From Acidobacteriota bacterium (GTDB lineage: Bacteria; Acidobacteriota; Terriglobia; 20CM-2-55-15): 28,225 nucleotides of DNA. The notes beneath the pieces were generated by a model, which made no database searches, was not told where the DNA came from, and was given only the letters and a program-made list of their open reading frames with translations. The stretch is taken from contig QHXA01000102.1 in assembly GCA_003222755.1 (NCBI GenBank), positions 8,254-36,478 on the forward strand, given 5' to 3'. Below are positions 18,515-25,744 of the stretch, in pieces. Each line of letters opens with the position of its first letter. Positions within the stretch are counted from its first letter, which is position 1. A program made the translations under genes and the position numbers.

Positions 18515-18537
18515 TTAGCGTCGGGCCACCCCACGCC
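18515..18537. repeat. Minimal member of the TTAGCGTCGGG...CCCCACGCC family, locus 3
   Basis: TTAGCGTCGGG-CCA-CCCCACGCC: both conserved ends joined by a 3-nt loop, between rpmI and rplT. Confidence 0.7.
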
Positions 18538-18539
18538 CT

Positions 18540-18734
18540 TTAGGCGTAAGGCAACATGCGGCGAATTTTCGGACTGTCTGCGGCGGTCGCGATTGTTGCC
18601 TTAGTGAGCCTTCTTTTCCGGCCTGCTGCCTTTTTAGTGAGAATATGGCGCGCGAACGAATGGTGCCGCTTCACTTTGCCGGTGGCCGTCAATTTGAAGC
18701 GCTTCGCAGCGCCTTTATGGGTTTTTAGTTTCAT
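18540..18734 (-). CDS. rpmI: 50S ribosomal protein L35
   Basis: [30 protein letters not shown]; starts 20 nt inside infC. Confidence 0.97.
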   Translation of the reverse strand: MKLKTHKGAAKRFKLTATGKVKRHHSFARHILTKKAAGRKRRLTKATIATAADSPKIRRMLPYA

Positions 18735-19275
18735 GTGCTTTTTGTGCTTTCGTGCTCCCACCCGTTACAGGTTTTGGAGTGAATATCGCAATTAAATTAG
18801 GCCCCTCCATCTTCGGCCGCGCTTCAACGGTTCCGATTTCGGAAAGTTCCTCAACCAGCCGATCCAGGAGGGCTCGGCCAATGTTTTGATGAACGATTTC
18901 GCGTCCTCTGAAAAATACTGCCGCTTTGACTTTGTCGCCTTGTTTTAGGAATCGGATGATGTGATTTTTTTTGAATTCGTAATCGTGCTCATCCGTATTG
19001 GGTCGAAACTTCACTTCCTTTACTGTGATGTTTTTCTGATGCTTCTTGGCCTCGTGAAGCTTCTTGCTCAGTTGGTAGAGATACTTTCCATAATCCATGA
19101 TCCTACAGACGGGAGGATTTGCAGTCGGCGCTACCTCTACCAAGTCCAGGCCCCGCTCTTCAGCGATCTTTAATGCTTGCTGCGGTGGCATGATTCCGAG
19201 CTGCTCGTTTTGGTCGTCGATGACCCGGACTTCCCGAGCTCGGATTCGCTGGTTCACCCTTATGTTTTTGTCGAT
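18715..19275 (-). CDS. infC: Translation initiation factor IF-3 (AUC start)
   Basis: [53 protein letters not shown] lies 7 nt before an in-frame ATC at 19275, with an in-frame stop two codons upstream. Confidence 0.97.
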   Translation of the reverse strand: MDKNIRVNQRIRAREVRVIDDQNEQLGIMPPQQALKIAEERGLDLVEVAPTANPPVCRIMDYGKYLYQLSKKLHEAKKHQKNITVKEVKFRPNTDEHDYEFKKNHIIRFLKQGDKVKAAVFFRGREIVHQNIGRALLDRLVEELSEIGTVEARPKMEGPNLIAIFTPKPVTGGSTKAQKAHETKNP

Positions 19276-19399
19276 GGCTTAGACCTCCTCGAATTGTCCG
19301 CATGGGACAAACGCTAACCATAACAAAATAGCGCACCTCTTTTCAATCGGACAGCAGGTAAGTCAGTGGAGTTGGCTGCAAACGTGCCAGTAAAAAAGT

Positions 19400-19537
19400 A
19401 TGAAGTTATACGACCGAATCTCTCAACTCCATTCAGAAAGCCGCTCCGCGTTCGTGCTGTTTACGGAATTTATAGCTTTCGTGGGTACGATAGCGACGAT
19501 CGTGGGCATGGGCGTCTTGTTCTCATTCCTCCACTAA
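19400..19537 (+). CDS. Candidate 45-aa single-TM small protein (below ORF-track cut-off)
   Basis: MKLYDRISQLHSESRSAFVLFTEFIAFVGTIATIVGMGVLFSFLH*; long hydrophobic C-terminal half; no SD seen. Confidence 0.45.
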   Translation: MKLYDRISQLHSESRSAFVLFTEFIAFVGTIATIVGMGVLFSFLH

Positions 19538-19572
19538 GCTACTCTAAGCTGTATGTCGTACGCGGTGATGAA

Positions 19573-19623
19573 CATCCGATTGGATGAAGTGGCGCCGGGC
19601 CCCGGCGGCGGCTTCGCATCCAA
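19573..19623. other. GC-rich hairpin with alternative pairings in the infC-thrS intergenic region
   Basis: TTGGATG 19580-86 pairs with CATCCAA 19617-23 and encloses GAAG/CTTC and GCCGG/CCGGC. CATCC-gatt-GGATG (19573-86) is a competing hairpin. Confidence 0.45.
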
Positions 19624-19763
19624 CCAGTTCGGGAGCCGCGTTCCAATGGGCGCACCAGCCACACTCCATTTGCCAAAAAAACAACTCCTGACTGTCGGAA
19701 CATTAACACTGCCTCTCTGATTCTGTATCGAGGGTTAACCCACAGGGACGAAGAGACGGAGAT

Positions 19764-19769
19764 TAGAAT
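19764..19769 (+). promoter_or_regulatory. -10 TAGAAT for thrS, 6 nt upstream of ATG (leaderless geometry)
   Basis: gatTAGAATatcgttATG; no SD. Confidence 0.45.
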
Positions 19770-19775
19770 ATCGTT

Positions 19776-21557
19776 ATGCCTAAAAACGAAAAGCTCGATA
19801 CGAAACGTCATTCGCTGGCTCACATCATGGCGGCGAGCATTCAGGAACTGTTTCCGGAAGCCAAGTTCGGCGTCGGCCCGGTTATTGAAGATGGGTTCTT
19901 TTATGACGTTCATTTGAAGAGACCGCTGACACCCGAGGACCTGCAGTCGATAGAGCAACGGATGCGGGAGAAACTGAAACAGAACCTTCGGTTCGAGCGG
20001 TCTGAGATGCCGGTCGATGCGGCGGTCGACGCGTTCGGAAACATGTCGCAACACTTCAAGGTCGAATTGCTTCGCGATCTCAAGACGCGCGGCACGACGG
20101 CAGTCGCGGATCTTGGCGATGCGAATCTTGTCGGTAGCAGTGTGAGCGAAGTCAGCGTTTACAAAACGGGGAACTTTACGGACCTGTGCCGTGGTCCGCA
20201 CGTTAGCGACACGAGCGAGATCGACCCGGAGAGCTTCCGGTTGACGCGAGTATCCGGAGCATACTGGCGCGGCAATCAGGAACGAGAACAGATGCAGCGC
20301 GTTTATGGTGTGGCGTTCGACACGAAAAGCGAATTGGAGGAATATTTCGTTCGACTCGAAGAAGCCAAGAAACGCGATCACCGGAAACTCGGACGCGAGC
20401 TTGGCTTGTTTATGTTCCATCCATGGGCGCCGGGTGCGGCGTTCTGGCTGCCGAAAGGAACAACCTTCTACAACACGCTCTCGAATTACATGCGCCAGGT
20501 CTTGTTCCCGGCGGGATACGTGGAGGTCAAGACGCCTCTCATTTATAACAAGGCGCTCTGGGAGACATCCGGCCACTGGTCGCACTATCGTCAGAATATG
20601 TTCTTGATCGCCTCGGACGAGGAACAGATGGCGGTTAAGGCGATGAACTGCCCCGGGCACTTCCTGCTCTTCGCGAGCGAGGTCCGGAGTTATCGGGATC
20701 TGCCGATTCGCTTTCACGAGCAGACGCCGCTCCACCGCAATGAGTCATCCGGCGTGCTGTCAGGCCTCACGCGTGTGCGGCAGTTCTCGCAAGACGACGC
20801 GCACTGTTTTGTCATGCCTGACCAAATCGGCCAGGAAGTTGAACACCTGCTGGGGCTCGTACGCCGCACGTACGACGATTTCGGTCTGCCGTTCGAGTTG
20901 AAGCTCGGAACACGGCCGGCGGAATTCCTCGGCGAGGTCGAGACGTGGAACCAAGCCGAGACTCAGTTGAAACAGGCGCTTGATCGGGCGGGCGTGCCCT
21001 ACGAGCTGAACGAAGGTGATGGGGCGTTCTACGGACCGAAAATCGACATCTACGTCACCGACGCAATCGGACGCAAATGGCAGTGCGCCACCCTACAGCT
21101 TGACTACATGATGCCGGAGCGCTTCGATCTGAAATACGTCGGTGCCGACAACGTCGAGCATCGCGTTGTCGTTATCCACCGCGCCATCTTCGGCAGCTTC
21201 GAGCGATTTATCGCAATTCTGATCGAGCACTATGCCGGCGCGTTCCCAGTCTGGCTAGCGCCGATGCAGGCGATGCTAATTCCTATTGCGGACCGCCATG
21301 CTGCGTACTGCTCTCGCGTGAAAGATCGGCTCACTGCTGCAGGCCTGCGTGTGGAGATTGACGCGAGTACCGAACGAATGAATGCAAAGATCCGGAATGC
21401 GCAGATGCAAAAGATCCCCTACATGCTCGTTGTCGGTGATCGTGAACAGGCGCAAGACGGGGTTGCAGTGCGACTGCGTTCGGGCGAAGATCTCAAAACG
21501 AAGTCGGTAGATGACTTTATCGCGATGGCCCAAGAGGAGATTAAATCCAAGAAATAG
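19776..21557 (+). CDS. thrS: Threonine--tRNA ligase lacking the N-terminal TGS domain
   Basis: HSLAH, DLCRGPH, GAYWRG, RDHRKLG, TSGHW, MNCPGH, HRNE.SG.L.GLTRVR.F.QDDAH, FYGPKID, IHRAIFGSFERF, KIPYML. Confidence 0.98.
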   Translation: MPKNEKLDTKRHSLAHIMAASIQELFPEAKFGVGPVIEDGFFYDVHLKRPLTPEDLQSIEQRMREKLKQNLRFERSEMPVDAAVDAFGNMSQHFKVELLRDLKTRGTTAVADLGDANLVGSSVSEVSVYKTGNFTDLCRGPHVSDTSEIDPESFRLTRVSGAYWRGNQEREQMQRVYGVAFDTKSELEEYFVRLEEAKKRDHRKLGRELGLFMFHPWAPGAAFWLPKGTTFYNTLSNYMRQVLFPAGYVEVKTPLIYNKALWETSGHWSHYRQNMFLIASDEEQMAVKAMNCPGHFLLFASEVRSYRDLPIRFHEQTPLHRNESSGVLSGLTRVRQFSQDDAHCFVMPDQIGQEVEHLLGLVRRTYDDFGLPFELKLGTRPAEFLGEVETWNQAETQLKQALDRAGVPYELNEGDGAFYGPKIDIYVTDAIGRKWQCATLQLDYMMPERFDLKYVGADNVEHRVVVIHRAIFGSFERFIAILIEHYAGAFPVWLAPMQAMLIPIADRHAAYCSRVKDRLTAAGLRVEIDASTERMNAKIRNAQMQKIPYMLVVGDREQAQDGVAVRLRSGEDLKTKSVDDFIAMAQEEIKSKK

Positions 21558-21609
21558 CCACAAAAAAGCGCAAATCCACAAAACTTCCTCTGCGTACCCT
21601 TTTTGTGGC
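21557..21609. terminator. Inverted repeat between convergent genes (terminator- or REP-like)
   Basis: GCCACAAAAA / TTTTTGTGGC 10-bp perfect arms. The ~30-nt loop is long for a classical intrinsic terminator. Confidence 0.4.
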
Positions 21610-21622
21610 GCTGCTTTTTACG

Positions 21623-21895
21623 TTAGGCCGAGCGGCGCTTCCACCAGTGTTCAAACTGTCGCAGCTGTTCCTGCGTCGTCGAGCTGAACTCGGCGATACG
21701 CGCCGTCACGGCCTTTAGGTTCTCGACCGTTGCTTGAACAGGGCCGAGAAAATTGCGCGTCATGTCCATGGCTTGGTCCGCCTGGCGGCTCAGCTTCGTC
21801 GAGAGGAAGTAAAAGCCCACCAGAATCCCTGTTTGAATGAGGACTGCCACAGTTGTGACCGCAATGAAAATAGTCAAAAGATTTTGATCGACCAT
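21623..21895 (-). CDS. Small membrane-anchored helical protein (YoxC/DUF948-like)
   Basis: N-terminal TM (LLTIFIAVTTVAVLIQTGILVGFYFL) followed by an amphipathic helix; downstream of the YtxH gene. Confidence 0.75.
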   Translation of the reverse strand: MVDQNLLTIFIAVTTVAVLIQTGILVGFYFLSTKLSRQADQAMDMTRNFLGPVQATVENLKAVTARIAEFSSTTQEQLRQFEHWWKRRSA

Positions 21896-21904
21896 AGGAT
21901 GTCC

Positions 21905-22228
21905 CTAGCGTTCGCCGAGGTCTTCGTCTTCCATCGATTCGTTGAACTTCTGCCTTCCCGCTTCAACGGATTCATTCATCCGCTGCCGGCCGAAGCTTGC
22001 CACGTTCTTGCCCTTCTGGACAACGTTCTGCCAAGTATGGGTGGCCGTGTCTTTGATATCGGATGACTGAATTTTCTCCTGCACTTTATGTGTCAGGTCA
22101 TCGACCGTGTTGCTCAGGTCTTGTCGCGTCTGCTGGCCCGATTTTGGCGCAAACAGGGTGCCCAGCACCAAGCCGATACCACATCCCGCACCAAGATAAA
22201 GAAGTTTGTCACTGATATTAATGTTCAT
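21905..22228 (-). CDS. YtxH domain-containing protein
   Basis: LLYLGAGCGIGLVLGTLFAPKSGQQTRQDL matches the YtxH 'G..G...G.LFAPKSG..TR..L' signature; SD GAGGAG. Confidence 0.88.
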   Translation of the reverse strand: MNINISDKLLYLGAGCGIGLVLGTLFAPKSGQQTRQDLSNTVDDLTHKVQEKIQSSDIKDTATHTWQNVVQKGKNVASFGRQRMNESVEAGRQKFNESMEDEDLGER

Positions 22229-22272
22229 ACCGATTGCTCCTCGTTTCGTTTTGTGCTCCTAGGCGGCCTTTT

Positions 22273-22452
22273 CTAGACCTCGGATTCAAGTTCCGAAGCA
22301 AATTGCGCCCGCTGCACCGAATATTCATTGAAGAGCTTCTTCAGAACAGGATCGTTTATGTGTTCGGCCGCGGTTTGAAATCCCTTTTCGGTGTCCCGAT
22401 ACGTTTCAATGTCATTGAGGCAGTCTAGAAGTTCCTTCCGATTCACAGCCAT
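22273..22452 (-). pseudogene. Truncated PA2169-family (DUF2383) four-helix-bundle gene, 59 aa
   Basis: CLNDIETYRDTEKGFQTAAEHINDPVLKKLFNEYSVQRAQFASELESEV* matches the family N-terminal half. It stops where homologs continue (RRLGGDP...). Confidence 0.75.
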
Positions 22453-22473
22453 GATTACCCCCAATAAGTTTTC

Positions 22474-22489
22474 GCAATTCTCTTGCCAG
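22474..22489 (-). promoter_or_regulatory. Sigma54-type -24/-12 promoter
   Basis: Minus strand CTGGCAAGAGAATTGC gives TGGCA, exact GG-N10-GC spacing and TTGC; about 20 nt upstream of ATG 22452. Confidence 0.65.
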
Positions 22490-22618
22490 TTCGCCGAATC
22501 GTGCGTTGCTGTTGGTAAGGCACGCGTTATTCGAAAGCCGCCGCCGACCGGTATTGCTTGCGCGGGACATTTTCCCGCGGCAGAACGTTTGCAGAGAATA
22601 CTGAGGAGGTCCTCAGTC

Positions 22619-22858
22619 ATGGGTACGTGCGAAGTTTGTGGAAATCAATACGACAAGGCATTTGAAGTGTCCATCGGCGGCTCTAGCCATACATTTGACA
22701 GCTTTGAATGCGCCATACACGCCCTCGCGCCCGCGTGCAATCATTGCGGCTGCCGGATTCTTGGGCATGGAGTCGAAGGCAAGTCTGGTGTTATGTTCTG
22801 TTCCGCATTTTGCGCGAAGCAGGAAGGTGTGAAGGGACTCCAAGATCGCGTTGCATGA
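22619..22858 (+). CDS. Small Cys/His-rich metal-binding protein (tandem TRASH-like / prokaryotic metallothionein-like), 79 aa
   Basis: CEVC..FDSFEC and CNHCGC..FCSAFC; 8 Cys and 4 His; SD GAGGAGGT. Confidence 0.82.
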   Translation: MGTCEVCGNQYDKAFEVSIGGSSHTFDSFECAIHALAPACNHCGCRILGHGVEGKSGVMFCSAFCAKQEGVKGLQDRVA

Positions 22859-22940
22859 ATGCTTCGTAGAACGGTTCTGAGGCTTGCGCCCTATTGCGCG
22901 TGCGCTTCGCCGACCGGCCAGTACTTCCCTATCTCCGCAG

Positions 22941-23391
22941 TTATGCGATATTGCGCTGCGTCGGCATTTGAGTGTTATCAGCGGCGCCCGCGCGCTTAAT
23001 GAGATCCCGAAAGCTGAAGTTGGTAATGGCAAGGATCATTGAGCCAATCGAGAAATGTTCCGGCCGTGCCGCCCTTCGCAATGCCTGCAGCCGTCATCAC
23101 GCTGCCTGTCGTGCCGACCATCAACCGGATTGCCGGTGGCCAGTTCGAATTGAACAAAGCAAAAGTGCGTCCCATCGAGTGGCCGGATTTCAGGGTCACA
23201 ACTGTTCCATACGTGCGGTTCTTTACATCGCGTGAGGTCTTATCGATCACGCTACACGCCTTCCTCCCCACGCTGAACGTTTTGGCTTGAAAAAGGGCCC
23301 GCCGACGTCTTCCCATTCGCGGGTCGCAGAGAAACATCAAACCCGCGCCCACTGCGGCACCAAGAGCACCTATACCTAAACTACCGCGCAT
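22941..23391 (-). pseudogene. Frameshifted membrane protein related to the N-terminal and linker parts of YtxH/BON/SRPBCC-type stress proteins
   Basis: GAAVGAGLMFLCDPRMGRRRRA and NWPPAIRL motifs; SD GGAGG before ATG 23391. Near 23049 the homolog-like IGSMILAITNFSFRDLIKRAG continues in another frame to TAA 22941. Confidence 0.6.
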
Positions 23392-23482
23392 AAAATCCTC
23401 CCACATCTGGATGCTTATTCAATTTGGACGGACGAAACCCTTAACCGGCGCCGCTACAATCGGCCGGGCGATCACGATGCGC

Positions 23483-23499
23483 CTGGCAGCATTCCTGCA
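23483..23499 (+). promoter_or_regulatory. Sigma54-type -24/-12 promoter
   Basis: CTGGCAGCATTCCTGCA with exact GG-N10-GC spacing, about 50 nt upstream of ATG 23548. Confidence 0.55.
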
Positions 23500-23547
23500 G
23501 TTGCATCTGTGATGCTCAGTCTGAAATTCAGTAAGGGAGAAATGAGA

Positions 23548-24018
23548 ATGAATCGAAGATTACTCGAACGAGTTGTTTTGTCGTTTGTCTGCGCTCTAGC
23601 TTTAGTGTTGATTCCGGTCTCGTATTCATGGGGCCAGCAGGACCAGACAGATCGTAACAGCATAAATCAACAAAACCAGGTGGATCGCAGCAGCGAAAAC
23701 ACTCAGGATGTGAATAGAGATTCCAACCTGAGGCAGGATACGACACGGGAAAAATCATCGTCATCTGTGAACCAGAACACGCCCCAGAACGAGAGTCAGG
23801 ACCAAAGCGTCAGCGGATCGCAGACGGCGAAGGAATCGCAGAGGACCACCACATCCACTTCGACTTCCACCTCGCAAACTACATATGGCAACCAAGCCGG
23901 CGAAAGCCGGGAGGGACTGCCTGCAACAGCGGGTGAATTACCTCTGCTGGGGCTGATCGGAGTCTTGTCTTTGGCTGCCGCAGCTGGTACTCGATTGTTT
24001 GCGAAATCAACGCGCTAG
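23548..24018 (+). CDS. Secreted low-complexity protein with a C-terminal LPxTA sortase-like sorting signal
   Basis: Signal peptide (MNRRLLERVVLSFVCALALVLIPVSYSWG), Q/S/T/N/D-rich body, then LPATAG-ELPLLGLIGVLSLAAAAG-TRLFAKSTR; SD AAGGGAG. Confidence 0.85.
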   Translation: MNRRLLERVVLSFVCALALVLIPVSYSWGQQDQTDRNSINQQNQVDRSSENTQDVNRDSNLRQDTTREKSSSSVNQNTPQNESQDQSVSGSQTAKESQRTTTSTSTSTSQTTYGNQAGESREGLPATAGELPLLGLIGVLSLAAAAGTRLFAKSTR

Positions 24019-24110
24019 AAGCAGCGTATTTTCTGACGCCCGGGGAAACCACTGAATCATTGACCTCCTCAAGCCCAGATCCCCGGGCCCCCTCTCCTAT
24101 CTGCATCAGA

Positions 24111-24572
24111 CTAAGCCGCAGACTTGTCGTTCCCGTAGTGTTTGGAACGATGCCGCGCCTCGGCACTATCCACGGATAGCGAGCGGTGCGTGTCTTTATC
24201 TTCGCGAGCAAGTTGAGCCAAACGGCGGTAATGCCGGTGCAGGTTGGACAACTCCTCCTCAGTCCAGTCTTCCAGATCGATGAGCCTGTTGCTCGCGCCC
24301 TTCAGCGCGGCTACCAGTTCGTTCAGCTTCAGATGAACGACTTGGGTTTCCTTGTTCTGTGTGCGTTGGATTAGAAAAACCATCATGAAAGTAATGATGG
24401 TCGTACCTGTGTTGATGACCAGTTGCCACGTGTCCGAAAAATGGAAAATAGGGCCGGTCGCGAGCCACAAAAGAACTACGACAACGGCGGCTGTAAAGGC
24501 CCAACTGCTTCCAGCGTGTTTCGTCGCGCGTTCGGAAACTCGCTCGAGCCATTGATTGATTCGGACTGCCAT
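24111..24572 (-). CDS. Low-affinity iron permease family protein (Fet4-like, bacterial small form)
   Basis: GSSWAF, W...GP.F.FSDTWQLVINTGTTIITFMMVFLIQ.TQN, LKLNEL, SNRLIDLE. Confidence 0.92.
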   Translation of the reverse strand: MAVRINQWLERVSERATKHAGSSWAFTAAVVVVLLWLATGPIFHFSDTWQLVINTGTTIITFMMVFLIQRTQNKETQVVHLKLNELVAALKGASNRLIDLEDWTEEELSNLHRHYRRLAQLAREDKDTHRSLSVDSAEARHRSKHYGNDKSAA

Positions 24573-24640
24573 GGAGACCACACAACTCGGCCAAGGTTAT
24601 CGAGCACGATGAGGACCAATCTCAGAGCACACCCTACAGT

Positions 24641-25000
24641 TCAGGCGACAAGATCGGACTGCAGTGCCGCGCGGAATCGGACCGTAGTGGCGGTATTCAG
24701 CGACTGGATGCGCAGCCATTCATCGGCCGTGTCCGCGGATAAATGCAATGTCAACTGAGATGGCCGAAAGAGGACATGCTTGATCATCTTGTGATCCATT
24801 TCGAGCACGACGTTGATCCTCGGATTCTTGGTGTCCTCAGTATCGAACTCGAGCCTATACAGTCGCATGTCTCGCCATCCAACTTCTTCGTCCGTCTCCA
24901 GATCATGGATTTCCATCCGCACCAGCGATCCGCGATGCCGGTCGGTAAACGCTTCAAGGAACTGCTTCCATTCCTGCGAGGGAATCGCAACGTCGGACAT
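24641..25000 (-). CDS. DUF5335-like protein
   Basis: AIPSQEWKQFLEAFTDRHRGSLVRMEI pattern; SD GGAGG before ATG 25000. Family assigned from recall. Confidence 0.72.
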   Translation of the reverse strand: MSDVAIPSQEWKQFLEAFTDRHRGSLVRMEIHDLETDEEVGWRDMRLYRLEFDTEDTKNPRINVVLEMDHKMIKHVLFRPSQLTLHLSADTADEWLRIQSLNTATTVRFRAALQSDLVA

Positions 25001-25017
25001 GGTTCCTCCAGACTGAT

Positions 25018-25689
25018 TTACGCCACGCGGCGATTTGCCAAAATCAAGTGCTCTTCGAACCAATTGCACGCCAGTTCGGCGACTTTTTCCAAAGCGCCGG
25101 GCTCCTCGAATAGGTGTCCCGCATCGGAAACGATTTCGACTCGGTGTTCGGCGGTTAATTCGGCTGCCGCCTGATAATTTAGTTCGATAACGATTTTATC
25201 GTTCCCGCCCACGATTAAAAGAGTCGGAGCATGTACTTTCATCAACCATGGGCCGGCTAAATCAGGTCTGCCGCCCCGGGAGACAATTGCTTCAACAATG
25301 TCCGGCTGCTTTGCAGCCGCTACGAGGGCAGCACCCGCGCCAGTGCTCGCGCCGAAGTATCCGACGTGGAGCTTTTCGGTGGCGGATTGAAAGTGCAGCC
25401 ACTCCGTCACGGTCAGGAGTCGATCAGCCAGAAGATGAATATTGAAACGGAGATGCGCGGTTTGAATGTCTACCCGCTCTTCAGCAGGCGTCAGTAGATC
25501 GATAAGCAAAGTCGCGATGCCGCTATCGTTCAAGACGCCCGCCACAAACTTATTACGAGGACTGTGCCGACTGCTACCGCTGCCGTGAGCAAAAACCACA
25601 ATCGCCGTGCTGCTTTCGGGAATGTGGAGATCGCCTTCGATCTCGTCATGGCCAACGGGTATGTAGATCAGATGCGATTTCAGATTCAT
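25018..25689 (-). CDS. Dienelactone-hydrolase-like alpha/beta hydrolase (PRTase-associated type)
   Basis: FAHGSGSSRHSPRN, DLLT..E, GYFGASTGAGAAL, SRGGRPDLAG, GHLFEEPG. Confidence 0.92.
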   Translation of the reverse strand: MNLKSHLIYIPVGHDEIEGDLHIPESSTAIVVFAHGSGSSRHSPRNKFVAGVLNDSGIATLLIDLLTPAEERVDIQTAHLRFNIHLLADRLLTVTEWLHFQSATEKLHVGYFGASTGAGAALVAAAKQPDIVEAIVSRGGRPDLAGPWLMKVHAPTLLIVGGNDKIVIELNYQAAAELTAEHRVEIVSDAGHLFEEPGALEKVAELACNWFEEHLILANRRVA

Positions 25690-25744
25690 ATTTAAACTCC
25701 GGAACGAAAGGTCTCCCGTTCAGCGATGTTGTTGCACACGGTAC

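Noticed and set aside
19366-19587. 73-aa plus-strand ORF in the infC-thrS spacer
   Set aside because: No protein-like features; the overlapping 45-aa frame is the better candidate.
19560-19775. tRNA, tRNA-Sec, T-box or E. coli-type thrS operator
   Set aside because: No cloverleaf or GTTCRA T-loop, no T-box sequence, and no anticodon-mimic loop found.
19539-20735. 398-aa minus-strand ORF
   Set aside because: Antisense shadow of thrS; such ORFs are common in GC-rich codon usage.
22518-22533. Third sigma54 site (AGGCACGCGTTATTC) before the metal-binding gene
   Set aside because: The -24 half fits, but the essential -12 GC is TC.
24036-24090. GCCCGGGGA/TCCCCGGGC inverted repeat
   Set aside because: Long loop, no T-tract and a single occurrence; not enough to call a terminator or repeat.
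24600-24640. Possible third GTAG REP (CCCTACAG)
   Set aside because: Only the foot matches; there is no convincing palindrome.
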